Virus record (IMG/VR): IMGVR_UViG_3300020182_000047
Span: 1 to 53,998 of that record
Reading direction: 5' to 3' (one strand)
Source: a virus
Lineage: Duplodnaviria; Caudoviricetes
DNA: 53,998 bases
In this document: positions 28,440-38,800 of the stretch, one piece after another
Numbering within the stretch: the stretch's first letter is position 1
Layout: each line of letters opens with the position of its first letter
Notes under the pieces: model-generated
Databases searched by the model: none
Seen by the model: only the letters and a program-made list of their open reading frames with translations
Told to the model about the DNA's origin: nothing
Program-made: the position numbers and the translations under genes

Positions 28440-31400
28440 ATGGCTGAAATTAAAAATAATTTTATAAAAGCCAAGATGAACAAGGACCTGGACGACAGAC
28501 TTGTTCCTCCTGGAGAATATAGAAATGCTCAAAATATATCTATAAGTAGATCGGAAGGTTCTGATGTTGGTGCTTTAGAAAATATTTTGGGTAATTCTGT
28601 TATATCTTCTACTGTATTAAATATACCAAATATAGATGTTATAGGTTTTTTAACTGATAACGCTACGAATAATATATACTTGTTTTTAACAGACTATACC
28701 GATACTTCAGTTAGTGGTATATCTAATTTTGCGCCATCAAATGCAAACTGTATCGTATCAAGATACAACACTTCTACAAAAATATACACTAAACTTGTTC
28801 AAGGTAGATTTTTAAACTTTGCTAAAAACAATCCTATAATTGGTGTAAACATACTTGAAGATCTTTTATTCTTTACTGATAATAGAAATCAACCAAGAAA
28901 AATAAATGTTGACTTAGCTAATCCTAACAGTAGCTTAAGTCCAACTTACTATTCTAGTGAAGACACTATTTCTGTAGCAAAACCAGCGCCACTAGAAGCA
29001 ATAAAGCTGGTTAATATAGCTCAAGGATTACCATTAGAATCTACAATGATAAATCCTGCTCAAGAGTTTATGCCTGATGGTACTACACCAAACCCTGATT
29101 ACAATGCTAGCTGGGCTGGTGATCCTAATTTTTTACAAGATAAATTCGTAAGATTTAGTTATAGATATAAGTTTGATGATGGAGAATATTCTTTAATGGC
29201 TCCATTTACACAAACATGTTTTATACCTAAGCAACAAGGTTATTTTTTAGATGGTGATCAAGACGAAGCTTATAGAAGTACTATAGTACAGTTTGTAGAA
29301 AACAACGTAACACAAATAGGTTTAAATATACCTTTTCAAACTGAAAATCCAGAAACTGATTTACATATAAGTGAATTAGAAATAATATACAGAGAATCAG
29401 ATACAACAAATATAAAAGTTGTTGAGTCTATTCCTGTAAACTCTGTAGTTAATAAAATGAAGTCTAATGTAAACAAGAAGGTTTACAATTTTACCTACAT
29501 ATCTACAAAGCCGTATAAGACGCTGCCAGCTGATCAAGGCACTAGAGTTTATGATATAGTACCAGTTAGGGCTTTAGCTCAAGAGGTTTCAGGAAACAGG
29601 GTAATGTATGGTAACTTTTACGATAGAATGTCACCACCTAAGTCCATAGATTATGGCGTTGGTTATTCTTTAAAGCTACAAGACAGTCAAGTAGAATATC
29701 CTAACCACACTACAAAACAAAATAGAAACTATCAAGTTGGTATTGTTTTATCTGATAAATTTGGTAGACAATCTTCTGTTGTTTTATCTTCAAAAGATAC
29801 AGGAGAAAATGAAGAAGGAATACAATACGGTGGGTCAACTATATACTTACCTTATTTTAATGGAAATCTATCAGATATATTAAGTTGGCCAGGTTACGCA
29901 TTAAGAGTTTTATTTAATTCTCCAATACCTTCTAATTTAAATATAGAAGGTTATCCTGGTTTATATAGCGAAACTAATCCATTAGGTTGGTATTCATATA
30001 AAGTAGTTGTTAGACAACAAGAGCAGGATTATTACAATGTGTTTTTGCCTGGTATATTAAACGGTTATCCGAATGGCACTACTAATTTTAACACTGAGGT
30101 TGATCAAACAGCTAACATCGTACTAATAAACGATAATATAAATAAAATTCCAAGGGATTTATCTGAGGTTGGTCCTGATCAAAGGCAATATAGAAGTAGT
30201 GTGCAAATATTTGGTAGAGTAACACCAGATCCTTTGGATTCTACTTTAAACAAACAATACAAACCTGGTATATTATCTGATACTGTAGTTTCAATATCCA
30301 CAGTAAACGATACTAACTATAATGAAACACAAGGAGTAGATTTAGTATATCCTGAATTTTATCAAAGTGAAACTAATCCACTTATAGGTAGAATAAGTAC
30401 GCAGCAATCTATAGGCGTTGTTGGTAGTGCTACATATAATATAACTTTAGGTATCTATGAAACTTCACCTGTTGTTTCATTGCTTGATATATACTGGGAG
30501 ACCAGTACAACTGGTTTAATATCAGAATTAAATCAAGCTATAAACTCTGGATTTGTTGGACCTTATTTTATTAACTTAAATAATGGTTATAATCAAAACG
30601 AAGGTATGGCGTCCGGCACTAAAATAGTTACTGGAGCTTTCACGGAAGACAGCAGTAATGTCCCTATAACAACTCAAGTAAACTTTAGTTTTGCTTCTGT
30701 TATTGATGGCAATGGAGTAAATAGAACTAATGAATTTACATTATCTAAAACACCTAACTCAGCTTATCAATTTGATATAGCTACAAATAGTTTGTTTTAT
30801 TATGGATCTAACTCATCTTATGATTTAAGAAATAGATCTTTTACTTTTACAATTAACTGTCAAGATGTAATAGGCGGAACGACAGAGCAATTACAATTTA
30901 CAGGTTCAGTTCAAAATGTGGCTCCAACAATAACTAACTGTGTGACAGAATTATTAAACAGAGTAGATTTAAACGATCCTTGGACTATTTACACTTTTCA
31001 AGGAAACAATGGTTCTTTAGTGGACTCAACACAAGGATTAACGTGGAGTATATCAAGCGTTAGTTATAACGGAGAAGCTATAGAAAACAATAATTTATTT
31101 GTTATAAATGAAACATCTGGTGTTTTGACAAATCCTAACGGAACAGCAGAACAAGAAGGTAATTATCAAATAACAGTCAATTTAGAAGATGCTGGAGGAT
31201 TAACTTCTGATCCATGCGAATTAAAAGTTACATTTGGCGACTTACAAGTTACAACAAGGTACTTTAACTTAACTACTCCGCATGCTGGAGAGTGGGTGTT
31301 AGAATGGGAACAATTTAATAAATTTTATCAAACACTTCAAGGCCCAGCGCCAAACGGCGTACAGGACACTAGAATTTTTGATGTTCCTGCTAACAACACA

Positions 31401-31985
31401 ATGACAGCAAACGTTATATTGTTAAATAGTAGTTTACTTTACACAACTACATATAAATTTATAGAAGATGATGTTATTTTAGATACACAAACAAAATCTT
31501 CTGGATTTAGCGGAACTGTTTCATATACTTTTAACAACGTTAAAGCACTATCTGATTATAGAGTTTCTGTGGAATACGGCGTTACTGATGTTACTACATA
31601 CTATGGTTTGAAGAAATGTGAAACTGGGCAATCAGGATTTAGATCTACACAAACCACAGCGCAACAACCAGGTTTAGTTGATGATGATCAAGTTTTAGGA
31701 TTAGATGGATTTTACTATACTATAGATGGTCTTGTTACTAACCCAGTTAGTGGAGGTATAGGATTTACTGTTACAGGCGAAAGATATTGTCCTCCAGTAT
31801 ATAACTACTATATATTAAAACCAGCTTGTTATAGTTCATCTCAAGAGTTATATGTTAAATCTTTAGACAACTTAAACAAGGGAGAAAACATTAGAGTCTT
31901 TAGCAATTGCTACGATGTTTACGATATTGATCCTCAAAAAAGAGGTACTCAAGACGTGACTGGCGCAAGCGAATGTAGTTGTTAA
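28440..31985 (+). CDS. Tail stabilization/nozzle protein, N-terminal part with appended Ig-like and Cys-rich domains
   Basis: KMNKDLDDRL.PPGEYRNAQN, LLFFTDN.NQPRKIN and FVRFSYRYKF.DGEYS motifs. Confidence 0.7.
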   Translation: MAEIKNNFIKAKMNKDLDDRLVPPGEYRNAQNISISRSEGSDVGALENILGNSVISSTVLNIPNIDVIGFLTDNATNNIYLFLTDYTDTSVSGISNFAPSNANCIVSRYNTSTKIYTKLVQGRFLNFAKNNPIIGVNILEDLLFFTDNRNQPRKINVDLANPNSSLSPTYYSSEDTISVAKPAPLEAIKLVNIAQGLPLESTMINPAQEFMPDGTTPNPDYNASWAGDPNFLQDKFVRFSYRYKFDDGEYSLMAPFTQTCFIPKQQGYFLDGDQDEAYRSTIVQFVENNVTQIGLNIPFQTENPETDLHISELEIIYRESDTTNIKVVESIPVNSVVNKMKSNVNKKVYNFTYISTKPYKTLPADQGTRVYDIVPVRALAQEVSGNRVMYGNFYDRMSPPKSIDYGVGYSLKLQDSQVEYPNHTTKQNRNYQVGIVLSDKFGRQSSVVLSSKDTGENEEGIQYGGSTIYLPYFNGNLSDILSWPGYALRVLFNSPIPSNLNIEGYPGLYSETNPLGWYSYKVVVRQQEQDYYNVFLPGILNGYPNGTTNFNTEVDQTANIVLINDNINKIPRDLSEVGPDQRQYRSSVQIFGRVTPDPLDSTLNKQYKPGILSDTVVSISTVNDTNYNETQGVDLVYPEFYQSETNPLIGRISTQQSIGVVGSATYNITLGIYETSPVVSLLDIYWETSTTGLISELNQAINSGFVGPYFINLNNGYNQNEGMASGTKIVTGAFTEDSSNVPITTQVNFSFASVIDGNGVNRTNEFTLSKTPNSAYQFDIATNSLFYYGSNSSYDLRNRSFTFTINCQDVIGGTTEQLQFTGSVQNVAPTITNCVTELLNRVDLNDPWTIYTFQGNNGSLVDSTQGLTWSISSVSYNGEAIENNNLFVINETSGVLTNPNGTAEQEGNYQITVNLEDAGGLTSDPCELKVTFGDLQVTTRYFNLTTPHAGEWVLEWEQFNKFYQTLQGPAPNGVQDTRIFDVPANNTMTANVILLNSSLLYTTTYKFIEDDVILDTQTKSSGFSGTVSYTFNNVKALSDYRVSVEYGVTDVTTYYGLKKCETGQSGFRSTQTTAQQPGLVDDDQVLGLDGFYYTIDGLVTNPVSGGIGFTVTGERYCPPVYNYYILKPACYSSSQELYVKSLDNLNKGENIRVFSNCYDVYDIDPQKRGTQDVTGASECSC

Positions 31986-31993
31986 ATATCTAC

Positions 31994-32012
31994 AAAAATA
32001 AGTGATTATAAA
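31994..32012 (+). promoter_or_regulatory. Candidate late promoter motif (AAAAATAAGTGATTATAAA)
   Basis: Intergenic; aligns with the 10691 motif. Confidence 0.35.
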
Positions 32013-32014
32013 TT

Positions 32015-33412
32015 ATGGCAGCATCAATAGAAGTATCATACTTTAATTCGTTTTGGTTAAAACAGGTTCGCAATTCAAGTGGTGGGGTTGTTTGGCCAAA
32101 CGGTTACCCGTATCAAAACGCTTTTCCTGGAACTGCTACAGCTGGAGACAATAACTGGTTTATTGAAGAATCTAGAATTAGAGGTGGTTATAATAATACA
32201 CAAGTAGATTTAGGTGTAAAAGCATACCTAGTTGAAAATGAATCTCAACAACAACATCGTTCTAACGCTTTAATATACTCAGGTATATTTAATTCAAGAA
32301 CTGGTGTTAATAATACAAATCAATTTTCAGTAGGTGAGAGTATAACTAAAGCCACAGATCCAGCTAATGGATCAATACAAAAGCTTTATGCTGAAGATAC
32401 AAACCTAATAGTGTTTCAAGAAAACAAAGTTAGTAGAGCTTTAATAGATAAAGACGCTATATACTCTGCTGAAGGAAATGCGGCCGTAACATCAACGCAG
32501 TTAGTAATAGGACAAATAGTTCCTTACGCTGGTAACTTTGGTATAAGTAGAAACCCAGAAAGTTTTGCTGTATATGGTTATCAAAAGTATTTTGCAGATA
32601 AAGATAGAAACGCTATATTAAGATTATCAGTTGATGGATTAACTGAAATATCTGGATACGGGATGTCTGATTACTTTAGAGACAATTTAAGCAGTGTAGG
32701 TGAGTCAGGTAAAATCATAGGTGGCTATGATATTTACAATAAAAACTACACTTTATCTTTGCAGAAAACACCTGCTTGGCAAGAAAATACTGATAACGCT
32801 TCTAACTATGCAACTTTAACTTTTGATGAGTTAGTGAATGGTTGGAATAGTTTTTATACTTATAAGCCTACAGCTATAGGAAGCCTTAAGAATAAGTTTT
32901 ATAGTTTTAAAAATGGTTCTATATACGAGCATTACACAAACTATAACGGTAATAATAGAGGTTATTTCTATGGTTCTTACGCGCCGTCAAATATAACTTT
33001 TATATTTAACGAAAATTCCTCTGTATCTAAAAACTTCCAAACAGTAAACTATGAAGGTGATAATGGCTGGCAAGTTACAAGTTTTAAGTCAGACGCTCAA
33101 AGATATGATTATGTAAATAATGGCTGGGTTAGCTATGATGATAAGACTGCTCAAGTACCTAGCTATAGTCAAACGTACAACGATGGTGGAGTTGTATATA
33201 GACTTGGATTTGACAGAATAGAAAATAAATACTTTGCAAACTTAATAAACAATAGTACGCCAAGAGATGGTGAAGTTGTTTGGGGTAATGAAATGTCTGG
33301 TATTAAAGGATATTTTGCTACTGTTACTTTTTCAACAGATGCAATAACAGATGTTGGAGGAGCAAAAGAATTATGGAGCGTTGGATCAAAATTTGTAGTA
33401 TCAAGTTATTAA
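32015..33412 (+). CDS. Tail stabilization/nozzle protein, C-terminal-like part
   Basis: GSIQKLYAEDTNL..FQENKV, GISRNPESFA.YG and GW.SFY.Y.P beta-propeller-like motifs. Confidence 0.7.
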   Translation: MAASIEVSYFNSFWLKQVRNSSGGVVWPNGYPYQNAFPGTATAGDNNWFIEESRIRGGYNNTQVDLGVKAYLVENESQQQHRSNALIYSGIFNSRTGVNNTNQFSVGESITKATDPANGSIQKLYAEDTNLIVFQENKVSRALIDKDAIYSAEGNAAVTSTQLVIGQIVPYAGNFGISRNPESFAVYGYQKYFADKDRNAILRLSVDGLTEISGYGMSDYFRDNLSSVGESGKIIGGYDIYNKNYTLSLQKTPAWQENTDNASNYATLTFDELVNGWNSFYTYKPTAIGSLKNKFYSFKNGSIYEHYTNYNGNNRGYFYGSYAPSNITFIFNENSSVSKNFQTVNYEGDNGWQVTSFKSDAQRYDYVNNGWVSYDDKTAQVPSYSQTYNDGGVVYRLGFDRIENKYFANLINNSTPRDGEVVWGNEMSGIKGYFATVTFSTDAITDVGGAKELWSVGSKFVVSSY

Positions 33413-33428
33413 TTAAAAAAATATAAAT

Positions 33429-34271
33429 ATGCCAATTGGAGCACTAGGAGTCGCCGCTATAGGGGCAGGAATAAATCTTATAGGAGGACTTATAGGAGGC
33501 GGAAAAGCCAAAAAACAAGCCAGAGCCGCAACTTATGAAAAGAACAGGTTAAATGCTAAAATAACTGCATTAGAAAAAAATAGACAGCCAATAGTTAATC
33601 CATATGCTGGAGTAACAGATATTAGTGGTATGGCTCAGGATCTTAGTGGTCTTATGAGTAATCCATTTGAAAACTTAGGCGTTGCTACACAAGCTGCTCA
33701 AATACAAATTGAAGAAGCTGATATTGCTTTAGCAAATACACTTGATACCATTAGAGCCACTGGTTCTGGAGCAGGTGGTGCCACCGCATTAGCCCAAGCC
33801 GCTTTACAAAGTAAAAGAGGGGTAGCCGCAAGTATTGAACAACAAGAGTCGCAAAACGAAAAATTAAGAGCTCAAGGGGAAAATCAATTGCAACAAATGA
33901 AAATATCCGAACAGCAAAGGCTTCAAGGTGTTCAAATGAGTGAAGCTCAAAGAATACAACAGTCTGAAGCTGCAGGACAACAATTTATGTTTGGGGCTCA
34001 AGAGCAGAGGGATATGGCTACATTGGATAGATTATCCGGGCAACAATCTCAATCAAGAGCTGATATTGCTCAAGCAAATCAAAATAGAGCTTCTGCTTTT
34101 TCAGGAGCAATGAGTGGCATTGGAAATATAGCTGGTGCTTATTTAGGTTCTGCGGCGGCTGCGCCATCTCCAAGAGCTCCACTAGCAAAAGTTTCTACAG
34201 TTAGCGGTGGTGGTCCAGTAACACAAAGATCAAATACATCAATTACAGCACCAATATTTACAGGTTTTTAA
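33429..34271 (+). CDS. Putative internal virion/ejection protein (small)
   Basis: Gly/Ala-rich hydrophobic N-terminus and Gln-rich coiled coil; first of three genes after the tail genes. Confidence 0.6.
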   Translation: MPIGALGVAAIGAGINLIGGLIGGGKAKKQARAATYEKNRLNAKITALEKNRQPIVNPYAGVTDISGMAQDLSGLMSNPFENLGVATQAAQIQIEEADIALANTLDTIRATGSGAGGATALAQAALQSKRGVAASIEQQESQNEKLRAQGENQLQQMKISEQQRLQGVQMSEAQRIQQSEAAGQQFMFGAQEQRDMATLDRLSGQQSQSRADIAQANQNRASAFSGAMSGIGNIAGAYLGSAAAAPSPRAPLAKVSTVSGGGPVTQRSNTSITAPIFTGF

Positions 34272-34281
34272 TTAAAAAAAA

Positions 34282-35787
34282 ATGAGTTATAAAAGTCCGG
34301 AAATAATCACTGATAGATCAGGAGAAATAATAGCACAAGGCTTTGCATCTTTTGGACAAAGCATTGCTGGTGGTCTTGAAAAGTATGCATCAAACCAAGA
34401 GCGTCTTAGAAAAGAAAGAGACGCAGAAACGGCTCGTATGCAAAAAATGAAAACCGAACTAGAGCTAGAAGCTAATTCTAGAGCGGCTAATTTTAAGGCT
34501 AACATACCTAAAACTACCTTTAACGAAAGATTAAACCCAATTATAGACGAGCGATTAAAAGAAGCTGCAGATGCTAAAATAGCTTTATATCAAGAATCTG
34601 ACCCCGCGGCTAGAGCTGAATTGCTTAAAACAATTTCTAATGTAGATAATTTTTTATTAAGTACAGGTGAATTTGTAAAACAAATACAAGAAGAAGGCTC
34701 TGCATGGTCTGAAATGAAAGTTACAGATATAAATACTACTTTTGGTATTAATGGATCAGATGATGAATCTATTAAAAACAATCAAGGTCTTTTAGGTTTT
34801 ATATCAGGTCAATCAGATGCTGATTATAATCTTGCGTATGATCCTAAAACTAATTCTATAACATTAGATGCTAAAGGAAAAGTTGGAGAGAGCCAGTGGT
34901 CTGTAACAGGCTTTAATTCTGTTGATTACTTAGGATCTGGCGGCGAATTATTATATTCTATACCGCAACTAAAAGAAGAAATAATTAATTCATCTACTAA
35001 GCTTATAACAGATGATAAAGGAAAATTATTACCTGGTATAACTAAAGACATGGAATTTAAAAGAATATCCGCTAATGTAAAAGATGCTACAGGAAAAATT
35101 ATAGGAAAAAAACTAGTAGAAGGCTCTATTGAAGAAATAAATTATTCAGCAATTAATAAATTAATAGATAAAGAAGTTAAAGCAGGTGTAGCTGGGTTTC
35201 AAACATTACCTCCTATGCAACAAAATGCTGTATTTAAAAATCAATTAAATGGCGATCAAGCTAATATAAATGAGTTTATAAAAGCATTCCCTACTGCTGA
35301 TGCTCAAAATGCTGAATTGCAAAGATTGTTTACAAAAGTAGCTTCTGAAGGAATAAACGAACAGTTTGATTCTTATGGTGAAGGCGATAAAAAAGTTTAC
35401 TATGTAGCCACTTCTCCTCTAAAAGAAGTTAAAACTGATAAAGGTGATACTGATACTGATACTGATAACAAAGTTGATCCTACTATAAAAAATGAAATAG
35501 ATGCTTTTATTTTTAATCCATATGCTCTTTTAAAGAAAAATACAAATTTTAAAGAAGCGCTAGCTAGTGTTGATCCTTTAGATAGAGGCAATCCTAAACA
35601 AGTAACAATTACTAAAACCGATGGAAAAGGAAACGCATACCCCTCTGACTTATTTGATCTTACAGATCCCGCGGAAAAAGAAAGACTATTTAATGAATGG
35701 CTAGATAACCAGGGTTACACTGCGGCAAATAAATTAAAAGCTAAAGGTTATTTTTTAAAAAATAATTCTACTTTACCTATCTTTTAA
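34282..35787 (+). CDS. Putative internal virion/ejection protein (medium)
   Basis: Helical 501 aa protein; position fits; N-terminus MSYKSP. Confidence 0.5.
   Translation: MSYKSPEIITDRSGEIIAQGFASFGQSIAGGLEKYASNQERLRKERDAETARMQKMKTELELEANSRAANFKANIPKTTFNERLNPIIDERLKEAADAKIALYQESDPAARAELLKTISNVDNFLLSTGEFVKQIQEEGSAWSEMKVTDINTTFGINGSDDESIKNNQGLLGFISGQSDADYNLAYDPKTNSITLDAKGKVGESQWSVTGFNSVDYLGSGGELLYSIPQLKEEIINSSTKLITDDKGKLLPGITKDMEFKRISANVKDATGKIIGKKLVEGSIEEINYSAINKLIDKEVKAGVAGFQTLPPMQQNAVFKNQLNGDQANINEFIKAFPTADAQNAELQRLFTKVASEGINEQFDSYGEGDKKVYYVATSPLKEVKTDKGDTDTDTDNKVDPTIKNEIDAFIFNPYALLKKNTNFKEALASVDPLDRGNPKQVTITKTDGKGNAYPSDLFDLTDPAEKERLFNEWLDNQGYTAANKLKAKGYFLKNNSTLPIF
35445..35467 (+). repeat. 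In-frame (TGATAC)n microsatellite encoding DTDTDTD
   Basis: tgatactgatactgatactgata. Confidence 0.8.
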
Positions 35788-35809
35788 TAATTAAAAATAA
35801 AATACAATA

Positions 35810-38800
35810 ATGTACGAATATAACGGTCGCCCAATTACTTTGGAGCAAATTCAAAGTGCAGCACAGAAATCAAATTTAAGTGTTGAAGAATATATTGCCA
35901 AAGCCGGCATAGTTACCAAAAGTGAAGAGCCGGGAAAGACAACAAGCCAGGGACAGGGTGCGCCTGTGGCGGGAACTGCAGCACCCGAAGTTCAAGCAGA
36001 AGGTACGGATTCTACATTGGAAGATGGTTCTTTGGAATTAGAAGAAATTAGCTTAGAAGAAAAAAAGAGCTTACCATATTCCGTAAGAAATAGAATATCT
36101 TCTACAAATGGCGACTTTTCAAGAGGCAATGTTAATTCAATATTAAAAACATTAAATCTTAAAAAATTAGATGTTAAAGATTTTGAAACTAAAAAAATAA
36201 ACGAAAACTACGATAAAGAATACGCAATATTTAAAGAAAATCAAGAAGATCCAGCCAGGATGACCGCCTTGAGGGAAGCTAAAATAGATTTATTAGCTCC
36301 TAGAATTGATAAAACAATTTTAAAAAGTAAGTTAAATCAAGCGTTAGTAGATGTTGAAATTACTAGCGACGAAATGCAAGAAACAAAGCGCCAAGAAATT
36401 TATGGCATGGCTATAGCTGCGGATAAATATTTGTCTCAAGACTTGCCTGCAGACATTATTAAGGCTTATTCTAAGGAAATAAATATTAAAAGAGATCAAT
36501 TATCTAATAAGTATGATTTAACCACACAAGAAGGCTTTGATAAGGCTAATAATGAATATAATGCATTTATAGATAACGTAGTTCAGGCAGGGTGGAATTC
36601 AAATCAAACCGCACAAGAAAGAAACGCATTATTATTAAATACTTTAGGAGAAGTTTTATCTCTTAAGGCTACAAATTATACTAGAAAAACAGAGTTAGGA
36701 CTTGGACCTTTAGATGATAATTATACTAAAGGCGAAACTATGGAAGAGGGCCTAAAAAAAGGGGCTAGACAAATAAAAGGCAGTGTAGAAAAATCTATAG
36801 CAGCTGGTATTCTTGAAAATATAAATAATTTACAAGATGAATTAAATAATTTACCTATAAATGAAAACGAAGTTGTTTCGTTTGGGGGCACAGAAATGCC
36901 TAGACAGGGTATTGTTTCTGGAGGCAAAAGCGGCACTGTAAAAGAGGCCAAAAAATTTTATGAAAATAAAATATTAGAATTAAAAAAAGATGCTTTAAGC
37001 AAAGTTGTAAATGTAAAAGAGGAAGAAAAAATTCAGCAAGCATTTAGACAAGCAAGTCTTACTGATGGGAATGTAACTCTCGACGACATTCTTTTGTTAG
37101 CCTCAGAGCAAGCACTGCAGCTTCCTTTAGCAGCGCTTACATATGGGGTTGGTACTTTTGCGCAGGAATTTGGCACGTCGTATTTTGACAACATTGACGC
37201 TTATATTGAAAACAATAAATTAAATCCAGCGTTAAAAGAGCAATTAAAGAAAAAAGAAATTACTCAAGAAGAATATGATTCCGCTTTAAACGCTTTAAGA
37301 ACTCCTGAAAATATTTTAGAAGCTTCTGAAAAAGGGGGAGGAAGTTTTGAAAATGCATTAGCTGTAGGTATAGGAAATTCTGCTTTAGAATATATTGGAG
37401 CAAGCACTATAGCAAAAGGAATATTTGGCAAAGAAGCAGCAAAAAAAGGAATAACAAGCCTTGTAAACGATGGATTTAAAAAATATATAAAATCTAAAAC
37501 CTTGCAGGGAAGCGTTGAAAATATTACAAAATCTGGTTTTGTTGAATTTTTAACAGAATCATTTCAAACCGCTTCAAGTCAATTAGGTAAAGGAGCAAGC
37601 GTTGATGATCCTTTTAAATATATTAATATAGAAGAAATAAAAGAGTCCGCCGTTTCAGGTGGTGTAATTGGAGCATTGTTTCCGTTTGCTGCAGGCGGGT
37701 CTAAAGCAACATTTAGAGAAAGCATAAATACTGCTAAAAAAATAGCAGCTAATTTTAATGAAGAGGCTACTTCAAATTATTTGGATTTAGCAATAAAAGA
37801 AATTAAACAATCTAATGTTTTATCTGCAGTAGAGAAAGAGCAGCAATTGGAAGCAGTTGCTGAAGTTAGAAACGCTAATGTTAAGATTCCTTCATTTATA
37901 AAGGGAGACGCTAAAGTAGAGGCATTAAATCTTATAATAGAAAAAAAATCTTTAGAAAAAATTATTTCTGAAGCGGATCCAAATTTAGTTGTTGAAGAAA
38001 AAGCTAGGGTAGAAGAAATAAATAAAAAAATACAAGACGTTGCTGTAAAATCAAAAATAACTGAGCTTGGAGAAAAAGATATTGCTCAAGCTAAAAAAAT
38101 AACAGAGCAACTACCCGAGTTAAAAACGGTTGTAAAAGATTTTAATACAACAGCGGAACTTGAAGAAGAATTAAAAAATCAAGGTAAATCAGAAGCAGAA
38201 GCAAAAAAACTTTCTGATGACTTTGGATTTATAGTGCAAAAAAAAGATGGCACACAAGAAATATATATAAACAAAGAAATATCTTTTGATTCAGGAGTAG
38301 CTACCACGGCGCAACACGAGGTGCTTCATTCTGTATTAAAAAACCTTATACCAGGAAATATTGCTCTTGGGCAAAACTTAAAAGATTTTGTAGAAGAGAT
38401 TGCTGGAGACGGGTTTATGGGCACTGAGTTTTCAAAAAGATTTGAAAGCTATGAGCTTCAATATGAAGATAAAATAAACCAATTAAATTCGCAACTAGAA
38501 AAAAACGAAATATCTGAAGATGAGTTTTCAACCAAAGCTAAGTCTGCTTTAGAGAACATGTGGGAGGAAACCATGCCGTTATTATCCGAGTCCCTTACAA
38601 GAGGCGATATAGACTCTAAAGCTACAATATTTGAAAAGCTTAAAGATTTCTTTAATAGAATATTTAATACATCAAATATTAAAAACGTAAAATTCAATAC
38701 AGGTGAAGATGTATTTAATTTTATAAAAGACTACAATAAAATATATAAGTCCGGTAGAGGAATTAAAACATTAAAAAATGTAGTTCAAGGACAAGTAGAG

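Noticed and set aside
35445-35467. TGATAC repeat as a phase-variation switch
   Set aside because: A hexamer unit keeps the frame; it only changes the length of a low-complexity linker.
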